A stretch of 15,105 nucleotides of DNA from a virus (taxonomy: Duplodnaviria > Heunggongvirae > Uroviricota > Caudoviricetes), in IMG/VR virus record IMGVR_UViG_3300025466_001444; one strand, written 5' to 3'. Below, piece after piece: positions 8,449 through 14,187 of this stretch (position 1 is the stretch's first letter; every line of letters starts with the position of its first letter). Below the pieces are notes generated by a model. That model saw only the letters and a program-made list of their open reading frames with translations. It was not told the origin of the DNA and did not search any database. Position numbers and translations under genes: made by a program.

Positions 8449-9492
8449 TTAAATAATAATTGTACTAAGTTTTTTTCTTAGTTCTTTTATCTGTGTGTCA
8501 AAAACAAAGTTAGAATTTTGATCTTCAAGATTAGCAATTTCAATCATGATTAAATCTTTTAAGGCTTTAGGATAATAATCATTAGAATTAGTCATCAAAG
8601 TATTCACTCTGTACTTCATATTACAAAATTCATATACAAGATATTCAGAATATTCGCCAAGCATCTTTTGAATTATTTCTCTGGTTATCTCTGGATTATT
8701 ATAATTGAAGTACTCTGTTCCATATACAGAATGATACAATCCAGCCAAAAGAACATCATCCGAAACGTTTCTATTTTTATGTTCTATATTTAACATAGTT
8801 CCAAAAAGATGTTCAAAAAACGATTTTCCACTATGTTTGACTTTGAACGTTAAGTCAGAAATAAAATTAACTAATGGAGAAACAACAGAAGGATCAATTG
8901 TTTTAATAACAAGAACACTTCTTAAGTCAGGACATGATCTTGAAAGTGGTCTGGCTGCATGTAATGCTGTAGATTCAAATATAAATATTCTTCCCATTTT
9001 TGGGAGAACAGAAACAACAATTTCATTATCAGCATTATCAATTTTCATATCACTATATATAACTGTTTCACCACCCCAATCTATATGCCATTTATTATTA
9101 AGATAGATTACTGCTGTTTCAGAAAGAGCAGTTGATCCATATTTTTCTTTTATCCAAACATCATCTTGATGAGCATACCCTTCAGTTCCATAAGTATAAC
9201 CATTAATATATGTTCTATAAAATCCTCTAGAACCAACAGTTGCCTGTAAAATTCCCCATATATTTTTAATTTCTGGATGATTATTTAAATATGATGTTTG
9301 ATTATGATCACATGGAAAACGAGTACTATTTGGTACAATTAATTTATTCCAGTGGCCCTGATCATATGATCTATTATTATTTGCTTTCCATCCATATGTA
9401 AGACCAGTGCTGACATATTTTCTATTAATATCATTTATAAGATCGAGGTCATCACCTTCTAAATCAAACACAGCACTTTTTATAGTATTCAT
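8449..9492 (-). CDS. 2OG-Fe(II) oxygenase fused to a C-terminal HD-like (DUF6817-like) domain
   Basis: HQD (HxD), WGGET and LHAARP...R oxygenase motifs; C-terminal HSGKSFFEHLFGT...LAGLYHSVYGT. Start moved to ATG 9492 (MNTIKS), which has SD AAGGAA and a late promoter upstream. Confidence 0.75.
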   Translation of the reverse strand: MNTIKSAVFDLEGDDLDLINDINRKYVSTGLTYGWKANNNRSYDQGHWNKLIVPNSTRFPCDHNQTSYLNNHPEIKNIWGILQATVGSRGFYRTYINGYTYGTEGYAHQDDVWIKEKYGSTALSETAVIYLNNKWHIDWGGETVIYSDMKIDNADNEIVVSVLPKMGRIFIFESTALHAARPLSRSCPDLRSVLVIKTIDPSVVSPLVNFISDLTFKVKHSGKSFFEHLFGTMLNIEHKNRNVSDDVLLAGLYHSVYGTEYFNYNNPEITREIIQKMLGEYSEYLVYEFCNMKYRVNTLMTNSNDYYPKALKDLIMIEIANLEDQNSNFVFDTQIKELRKKLSTIII

Positions 9493-9523
9493 ATTATTTT
9501 CCTTCATTCTCACATGATATACA

Positions 9524-9537
9524 TATTTATATAAATA
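9524..9537. promoter_or_regulatory. Overlapping divergent T4-type late promoters
   Basis: Perfect palindrome TATTTATATAAATA gives TATAAATA on both strands (9530-9537 +, 9531-9524 -), exactly between the divergent genes at 9492 and 9566. Confidence 0.7.
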
Positions 9538-9565
9538 TCTTATAGCCATAACAAGGATATCATAG

Positions 9566-10474
9566 ATGTGTACAGCTGTCGCCAAATATTTTAAAGGAAA
9601 AGGATGGGTCATTGCTAAAAATCGTGATCAAGATTACGTTTCCGAAGTTTCCTTTAAAGACTATAAAACCAAAAAAGTTGGCGAAATATTTTTCATGTAT
9701 GATTTTGAAACAAAATACAGAGAAGGTATGAACTATAAAGGTCTTGTCATTATCACAACAAGCTTAACCCCTACCCTTCTTGGTGAATCAAATGCAAAAG
9801 ATGGCGATGATATAGAAAAAGCATTACATATGACCGATCCAAAAGAAGCTGCAGAATTTTTAGTAAAACAAAAAATGACAGGGTTTATTTTTTGCTGTAC
9901 ACCAGAAAAGTTAGTTCTCGTAGAGGCTGCTAAAATGGATCAAGGTAAAGGCGAATATCATAGTATTATAAAAGAAATTCCAAAGTCGGAAGTTATTTCC
10001 CGTACAAATCATGGTATCGAATTGCCATGGGCTGGATTTCAAAGTGGTGTTAAAAAACAACAAGATATTTGGAGAAAATCTAGTGAAATGCGTATGGAAC
10101 AAGCATTAAAAACAACAAAAAATGCTAAAGATGCTAAAGAAATGCTTGAAGGATTGGCCAGCAAAATGACTGACGATTTTCAATATAATGTGTTTAGAAT
10201 TGAAAATAAACCAAGACAGATGCGTACAATTTTTCAATCAGCATATGTACCATCAGACGAATTAATTATAATAAGACCAATTCAGACCAAAATGGATATA
10301 AAAGTATCTCGTGAAATGATCCATGTCGATGTTCTTGATAACTCTTCACTTCATAAATTATATGATGGAAAAATAAAACATTTTTCTAAAATTGTTCCTA
10401 AAAATGATGAAGAAATAAAAACTGTTATACAAAAAGAACAATTTTTAGGGTTTAAAGAATTTGTAAATTATTAA
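9566..10474 (+). CDS. N-terminal nucleophile (Ntn) cysteine hydrolase-like protein
   Basis: Cys2 after Met (MCTAVAKY), KNRD motif and RTNHG motif, as in C45/choloylglycine hydrolase/NRDE-type Ntn hydrolases. Confidence 0.7.
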   Translation: MCTAVAKYFKGKGWVIAKNRDQDYVSEVSFKDYKTKKVGEIFFMYDFETKYREGMNYKGLVIITTSLTPTLLGESNAKDGDDIEKALHMTDPKEAAEFLVKQKMTGFIFCCTPEKLVLVEAAKMDQGKGEYHSIIKEIPKSEVISRTNHGIELPWAGFQSGVKKQQDIWRKSSEMRMEQALKTTKNAKDAKEMLEGLASKMTDDFQYNVFRIENKPRQMRTIFQSAYVPSDELIIIRPIQTKMDIKVSREMIHVDVLDNSSLHKLYDGKIKHFSKIVPKNDEEIKTVIQKEQFLGFKEFVNY

Positions 10475-10525
10475 AATTATTTTTAATAATTGATTGTTTT
10501 TTCACACAATTGTAACATTAAAATT

Positions 10526-10532
10526 CTAAATA
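10526..10532 (+). promoter_or_regulatory. Possible late-promoter variant (CTAAATA)
   Basis: CTAAATA about 48 nt upstream of ATG 10580 in an AT-rich intergenic region; chance occurrence is possible. Confidence 0.35.
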
Positions 10533-10579
10533 TATTTGAGTGATAGTGATTTATATTATGTCATTTAGAGGAGATTTCT

Positions 10580-10855
10580 ATGCCAAGCATCGACGATACT
10601 CTCAATACAATTCTAAAGCGCCTTGCTGAACTTGAAGATACTGTAGAATTTCTTTCTACAGAAGATTATACTGTTGATTCAGATGAAGAATTTTCTGAAG
10701 ATGATACTGAATCAACTGAAGATGATACTGAATCAACTGAAGATGATACTGAATCAACTGAAGATGATACTGAATCAACTGAAGACGATACTGAATCAAC
10801 TGAAGACGATATTGCACCTGATGCAACAACTGTTGAAGACGATATTGCAGCATAA
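10580..10855 (+). CDS. Small very acidic protein: N-terminal amphipathic/coiled-coil segment plus EDDTEST repeats
   Basis: Strong SD AGAGGAG; 91 aa; in-frame 21-bp repeat; followed by an intrinsic terminator. Confidence 0.8.
   Translation: MPSIDDTLNTILKRLAELEDTVEFLSTEDYTVDSDEEFSEDDTESTEDDTESTEDDTESTEDDTESTEDDTESTEDDIAPDATTVEDDIAA
10697..10816 (+). repeat. 21-bp coding tandem repeat GAAGA(T/C)GATACTGAATCAACT x5 plus a partial copy
   Basis: Units start at 10697, 10718, 10739, 10760 and 10781; a degenerate unit starts at 10802. Confidence 0.97.
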
Positions 10856-10861
10856 TAAATT

Positions 10862-10892
10862 AAAAGAGGGGATCAAAAATCCCCTCTTTTTT
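10862..10892. terminator. Bidirectional intrinsic terminator
   Basis: AAAAGAGGGGAT-CAAAA-ATCCCCTCTTTT hairpin with T-tracts on both strands, between convergent genes. Confidence 0.85.
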
Positions 10893-11094
10893 CATTAATA
10901 GTTATACGTAATAACTCTTTAATCAAACTTTTAGTTTCTTCTTCTGTAAAATGATTTAAAAATATTCTACAGGATGATTCGCACATATTAGATGCAAGAA
11001 GAAGCAAATCATTTGGCTCATCAGTCATTAAAATTTGTTGCTCAATTGGAGCAAACAATTCTGTTTTTCTTTTCAATAGTTTTTCAGTATTCAT
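10873..11094 (-). CDS. Hypothetical protein (73 aa)
   Basis: ATG 11092-11094 (MNTEKLLKRK) with AGGT upstream. The longer ORF-track version (to 11226) runs through two tRNA genes and is rejected. Confidence 0.6.
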   Translation of the reverse strand: MNTEKLLKRKTELFAPIEQQILMTDEPNDLLLLASNMCESSCRIFLNHFTEEETKSLIKELLRITINEKRGDF

Positions 11095-11109
11095 TTTATA
11101 ACCTGTTTT

Positions 11110-11187
11110 TGGAAGGGAAGATGGGAGTCGAACCCACCTAAAAAGGTTTTGCAGACCTTGCCATAACCGCTCTGGACTCACTTCCCC
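11110..11187 (-). tRNA. trnC: tRNA-Cys(GCA)
   Basis: GGGGAAG/CTTCCCT acceptor stem, U73 discriminator, AAGGT-CTGCAAA-ACCTT anticodon arm, TTCGACT T-loop, CCA. Confidence 0.9.
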
Positions 11188-11198
11188 GTATAAAGTAA

Positions 11199-11271
11199 TG
11201 GTGGAGTAAGTGGGACTCGAACCCACCTCAGATTCCTTGCAAAGGATTCCTGCTTGCCCTGAGCCTACCCC
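11199..11271 (-). tRNA. trnA: Atypical tRNA-Ala(UGC) with shortened D-arm region
   Basis: GGGGTAG/TTACTCC acceptor with G3:U70, loop TT-TGC-AA, perfect T-arm GTGGG-TTCGAGT-CCCAC, CCA. Only 16 nt lie between the acceptor and anticodon stems, and the anticodon stem has one mismatch. Confidence 0.7.
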
Positions 11272-11791
11272 AAGTATTTACATATTCTAGTACCTTATCT
11301 TCTATAAGGTATTTATGTTTGCTGTGCATGTACTGATGATGTGTCGGACATAATGGAACAAGATTTTCTGGTCTATTATCATTATGATTTTCATTTAAAT
11401 GATGAACAGCTACAACATTAACTTCTTCGCATACTAAACATTTTCTTTCATGATATCTCCAAGCAATAGTAACATATGTAGCTACCTCATCATAGTGATA
11501 TTTTTCAGATTTGGCTTTACCACCAATACTATTGGCACAACTTCTTGAACAAAAATATTGAGATTTAGAAGGGAATAAATTTTTTCTTTCTTCAACTTCA
11601 AATTCATTATTACAAGATTTACAAATAACAGAAAATTTTATGAAAGTTCCAAATCTTTTATCACTAGATTTGCTTATTTTATCATACGAAACTTTTCTAT
11701 TAGGATTTTTCTCACAATGTTTACTATGATTACCTTTTTCAGTTGTACGATTAAAATCAAATTCTTGATTGCAGTGTTTACATTTCCACAT
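11228..11791 (-). CDS. Zinc-finger HNH endonuclease (putative free-standing homing endonuclease)
   Basis: CKHC...HSKHC and CKSC...CSRSC Zn-binding motifs; C-terminal CLVC...VHHLNENHNDNRPENLVPLCPTHH HNH motif; SD GGAG. Confidence 0.85.
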   Translation of the reverse strand: MWKCKHCNQEFDFNRTTEKGNHSKHCEKNPNRKVSYDKISKSSDKRFGTFIKFSVICKSCNNEFEVEERKNLFPSKSQYFCSRSCANSIGGKAKSEKYHYDEVATYVTIAWRYHERKCLVCEEVNVVAVHHLNENHNDNRPENLVPLCPTHHQYMHSKHKYLIEDKVLEYVNTWGRLRASRNPLQGI

Positions 11792-11813
11792 TTTAATACT
11801 CCGTTTCTTGGAG

Positions 11814-11821
11814 TATTTATA
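11814..11821 (-). promoter_or_regulatory. T4-type late promoter for the HNH gene
   Basis: TATAAATA on the minus strand, 23 nt upstream of ATG 11791. Confidence 0.65.
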
Positions 11822-11866
11822 AATTGCAGAATTTCAACAATCTAATTGATTTCCCAAAAAATAAAA

Positions 11867-11965
11867 TGGACCCCTGCTAAATGCAAATCCTGAGAAGGAA
11901 TTTAACGGTTTTACCAGCAATTCTGCAGTGCAACGAGTTGTCTCAGTTACTCTCGTTTAGGTCCA
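11867..11965 (-). ncRNA. Putative 99-nt structured RNA downstream of the TROVE gene
   Basis: Terminal stem TGGACC/GGTCCA; internal helices AACGAG/CTCGTT, TGCT/AGCA, GGT/ACC and AAAT.CCT/AGG.ATTT; loop-loop complementarity CTGAGA/TCTCAG. The minus-strand reading ends in CCA followed by a T-rich run. Strand is uncertain. Confidence 0.55.
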
Positions 11966-11990
11966 TATTAGGGAGTTTCCCCCCTAATAT
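11965..11990 (-). other. 11-bp GAAA-tetraloop hairpin immediately after the TROVE stop codon
   Basis: ATATTAGGGGG-GAAA-CTCCCTAATAT. No U-tract follows on the minus strand, so it is more likely a processing/stability element than a terminator. Confidence 0.6.
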
Positions 11991-13424
11991 TTAGAAAGTA
12001 TAACGCTCATTCATGACTGCCTTCATCATAATAGCCTCTGGAGTAAATTCTTCCATGCCACCAGCAAGAACTGCCTTTAGAATGGAAGGAGAAAACCCAG
12101 AAACAAGTGCTGTTCCATTCTTATCGAACTTCACAGGAACATTATCATTAGAATTGAGATTCCAGAAAACAATCTTAGGAACTTCATATCCAGACTCAGC
12201 ATACTTACGCTCAATCATTTCAATACCAGAATCATCATAAGTGGCACATGAATCAAATTGCATATCAGAAAGAATCAAAAGAATCTTTGGCATTTCAGAC
12301 TGAGGAACATCACCAGCAACTGCTACCCCAAGAATCTTATGAATAGCCTTATGCAAATCAGTATTCATAGTCCAATTAGACCCAACCATTTGCTCAATCT
12401 TTTGAACAATATTTCCCTTAAGATGAAGCAATTCAGGATTGGCAGAGAAAGTTAGAAATGTATCCTTGAACTTACCAGTGTTTTTATCAGCAAGATACAA
12501 ACCAAGAGACACAGCAACATCAAGACAAGTAGTTCCAGACTTACTATTATATCTCCCAGCAGGACAAGTCATTGAACCAGAAACATCAACCAAAGGAAGA
12601 ATGTTTGCATCACCAACATAGTTGGGAAGAGCATCCCATTGGGCAGTAATATGATCAAGATTGGACTTGTTATAATCCATACGATAATGAGTAATTACAC
12701 CCTTTAATATATCGTAAGGATACACTGCACCAGCATTGACCTTAACAGAAGCCTTCACCTCTGGATCGGTAGAAACAAGAGCAGAAGTCCACTCCTTATA
12801 CTTATCGGTATGACGGGCAAATGCCTTCTTATAACGAGTAGAAGCAACAGAAGGAACATTATTGAAATTGATATTATCCCAATCCTTAGCACACATCTGA
12901 GTTTCGACAACCTTGGTCAATTCAACCAGACGCTTACGATAGAACTTAGGAGTCCAACCAAGGTGCTTACGGAGCTTCACAGCTACTTCACCCTGACGAG
13001 GCATCCACTTTGCGCAGAGACCCATATTGTCTTCAAGAGCAATACGGATCATATAGAATGCCTGTTCCTCCATAGGAGTACCAACAAGTACAAGCAGATC
13101 ATCCCAACGACCAAGCTCAGGAACCTTACGCATCACATCAGATGCACGAACCCGATCAGTGTTTGCCATATCAACAAGGATATCACGGAAGATCTTACGT
13201 TCGCCAGCACCACCACGAACGTCACGAGCCCAAAGAGCAATACGAGTTGCAAGCTCCTTGTCCTGAACATAAGCAGCAGTCCAAGCAGGAATTACATTTT
13301 GACCACGCATAGCGCCGATTTTGAAGAAAAGTGATGTTAATGCATTACCTGTATCTTTACGAGCTTTCATTCCATTAGTTGTTCTTTCAGATTGATTTTT
13401 CACTGCTTCTGTAAAAGTAGTCAT
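11991..13424 (-). CDS. TROVE/Ro60-like protein with C-terminal vWA domain (DUF2828-like)
   Basis: WARDVRGGAGER, GRWDDL, AKWMPR, vWA MIDAS DVSGSM, LSDMQFD, FWNL and VSGFS motifs; SD AAGGAG. Confidence 0.88.
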   Translation of the reverse strand: MTTFTEAVKNQSERTTNGMKARKDTGNALTSLFFKIGAMRGQNVIPAWTAAYVQDKELATRIALWARDVRGGAGERKIFRDILVDMANTDRVRASDVMRKVPELGRWDDLLVLVGTPMEEQAFYMIRIALEDNMGLCAKWMPRQGEVAVKLRKHLGWTPKFYRKRLVELTKVVETQMCAKDWDNINFNNVPSVASTRYKKAFARHTDKYKEWTSALVSTDPEVKASVKVNAGAVYPYDILKGVITHYRMDYNKSNLDHITAQWDALPNYVGDANILPLVDVSGSMTCPAGRYNSKSGTTCLDVAVSLGLYLADKNTGKFKDTFLTFSANPELLHLKGNIVQKIEQMVGSNWTMNTDLHKAIHKILGVAVAGDVPQSEMPKILLILSDMQFDSCATYDDSGIEMIERKYAESGYEVPKIVFWNLNSNDNVPVKFDKNGTALVSGFSPSILKAVLAGGMEEFTPEAIMMKAVMNERYTF

Positions 13425-13452
13425 TTTATATCTCCTTTGCTGTTATCAATCT
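13389..13452 (-). promoter_or_regulatory. Putative translational operator: array-type stem/CAGCA motif enclosing the TROVE SD and start codon
   Basis: AGATTGAT-AA-CAGCAAAGGAG-ATATAAA-ATG...ATCAATCT-G. 8-bp stem, CAGCA at position 11 and G after the stem, as in the array units. Confidence 0.65.
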
Positions 13453-13507
13453 TAACGTTTCTTATAAATACATTATCAATCACACATAGGACCGACAATG
13501 AAATATT

Positions 13508-13536
13508 ATATTAATATACTCTCTAATTATTGTCAA
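13508..13536 (-). promoter_or_regulatory. Sigma70-like promoter for the TROVE gene
   Basis: TTGACA (13536-13531), 17-nt spacer, TAATAT (13513-13508). Confidence 0.6.
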
Positions 13537-13542
13537 CTCAAC

Positions 13543-13715
13543 AGGTTAGTCGCATCATTATGGTACACCACTCAGATTGTAATACAAGACTACAACAAGT
13601 CAGGTTATTATGCAGTCCCCGCAGGAACCACGACCATCCAGTAGGCAAATGCCTTCGCTCTACCGCCTGCGCTGTTATCACGCTTTCAAATGCAGCTGTT
13701 TGCTGTATCTAACCT
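13543..13715 (-). ncRNA. Array unit E1 (173 nt), stem/CAGCA handle with degenerate tRNA-like cargo
   Basis: AGGTTAG-ATA-CAGCAAAC...CTAACCT-G. Internal D-arm-like AGCGCAGGCGGTAGAGCG and GGTCGTGGTTC. Confidence 0.7.
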
Positions 13716-13724
13716 TTATTCAAC

Positions 13725-13783
13725 AGGGTCAACTTTGGTCTTTTGTATGCAAAAAGATTTTTTATAGTTGCTGAACTGACCCT
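13725..13783 (-). ncRNA. Array unit E2 (59 nt)
   Basis: AGGGTCA-GTT-CAGCAAC...AAGT-TGACCCT-G; apical TCTTTT/AAAAGA hairpin. Confidence 0.75.
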
Positions 13784-13799
13784 TAAACTCTAACTCATC

Positions 13800-13857
13800 A
13801 GGATTGCCCTTTGCAGGTTTGATTACAAGTCAAGTGCATATATGCTGTAACAATCCT
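13800..13857 (-). ncRNA. Array unit E3 (58 nt), carries a Thr(UGU)-type anticodon stem-loop
   Basis: AGGATTG-TTA-CAGCATA...CAATCCT-G; internal TTGA-CTTGTAA-TCAA. Confidence 0.75.
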
Positions 13858-13867
13858 AAAACTCTAC

Positions 13868-13956
13868 AGGTTTCACTTTTTGCTGGGTTTGAACCAGCTA
13901 AAAAACCACGTAAAAGGCAGTTTTTATTATCCTAGAATGTTTGCTGAAGGAAACCT
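13868..13956 (-). ncRNA. Array unit E4 (89 nt), carries a T-arm
   Basis: AGGTTTC-CTT-CAGCAAAC...GAAACCT-G; internal GCTGG-TTCAAAC-CCAGC. Confidence 0.75.
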
Positions 13957-13975
13957 AAAACTTAATACTTATAAC

Positions 13976-14111
13976 AGATTGACTTCTACTTTCATTTTTT
14001 AAAGTGGATTCTATCGAAACATAACCACTTAAATTATGCCACATGGACACAATTATACGTAACAACAAAGTTACTAGACCGATAAAATGAGGTTTGCTGG
14101 AAGGTCAATCT
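13976..14111 (-). ncRNA. Array unit E5 (136 nt), cloverleaf-like cargo
   Basis: AGATTGAC-C-TTC-CAGCAAAC...GAA-GTCAATCT-G (bulged C); inner TCATTTT/AAAATGA stem carrying three hairpins. Confidence 0.7.
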
Positions 14112-14121
14112 TAAATTTTAC

Positions 14122-14179
14122 TGGATCAACTTGGGTCTTTTTTTGCGAAAGATTTTTGTTAGGTTGCTGAACTGATCCA
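14122..14179 (-). ncRNA. Array unit E6 (58 nt), paralog of E2; first unit in transcription order
   Basis: TGGATCA-GTT-CAGCAAC...AAGT-TGATCCA-G; compensatory stem changes relative to E2. Confidence 0.75.
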
Positions 14180-14187
14180 TAAACAGT

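Noticed and set aside
9493-9612. N-terminal extension of the 2OG-Fe(II) ORF
   Set aside because: It overlaps the divergent gene start and the late promoter; SD and promoter support the ATG at 9492.
11095-11226. N-terminal extension of ORF 10873..11226
   Set aside because: It reads through tRNA-Cys and part of tRNA-Ala; the ATG at 11094 is the plausible start.
11289-11334. Possible eighth handle (AGTACAT-GCA-CAGCAAAC...AGGTACT) inside the HNH gene
   Set aside because: The stem has a mismatch, it is followed by A rather than G, and it is fully explained by codons for MHSKH. Worth rechecking only if a covariance model scores it.
11867-11965. Hammerhead ribozyme, c-di-GMP riboswitch or tRNA-Cys/Sec identity for the 99-nt element
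   Set aside because: It lacks the CUGAnGA/GAAA core, the GEMM consensus and a T-arm; it is kept only as an unassigned structured RNA.
50-13334. Short antisense or alternate-frame ORFs in the supplied track (e.g. 50-583, 1507-1752, 5487-5786, 8837-9106, 10656-10853, 10674-10898, 12810-13334)
   Set aside because: They are shadows of well-supported genes or of the 21-bp repeat, with no SD and no recognisable motifs.
13530-13712. 60-aa plus-strand ORF over unit E1
   Set aside because: No SD, and it is antisense to a structured RNA unit. Most likely open by chance.
13543-14179. CRISPR array interpretation of the repeated units
   Set aside because: There is no identical direct repeat, unit lengths vary from 58 to 173 nt, conservation is in pairing plus a 5-nt motif, and no cas genes are visible.
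13543-14179. attC/integron cassette or terminator-series interpretation
   Set aside because: No GTTRRRY core pattern or cassette ORFs, no U-tracts after the stems, and the interiors contain tRNA-like arms.
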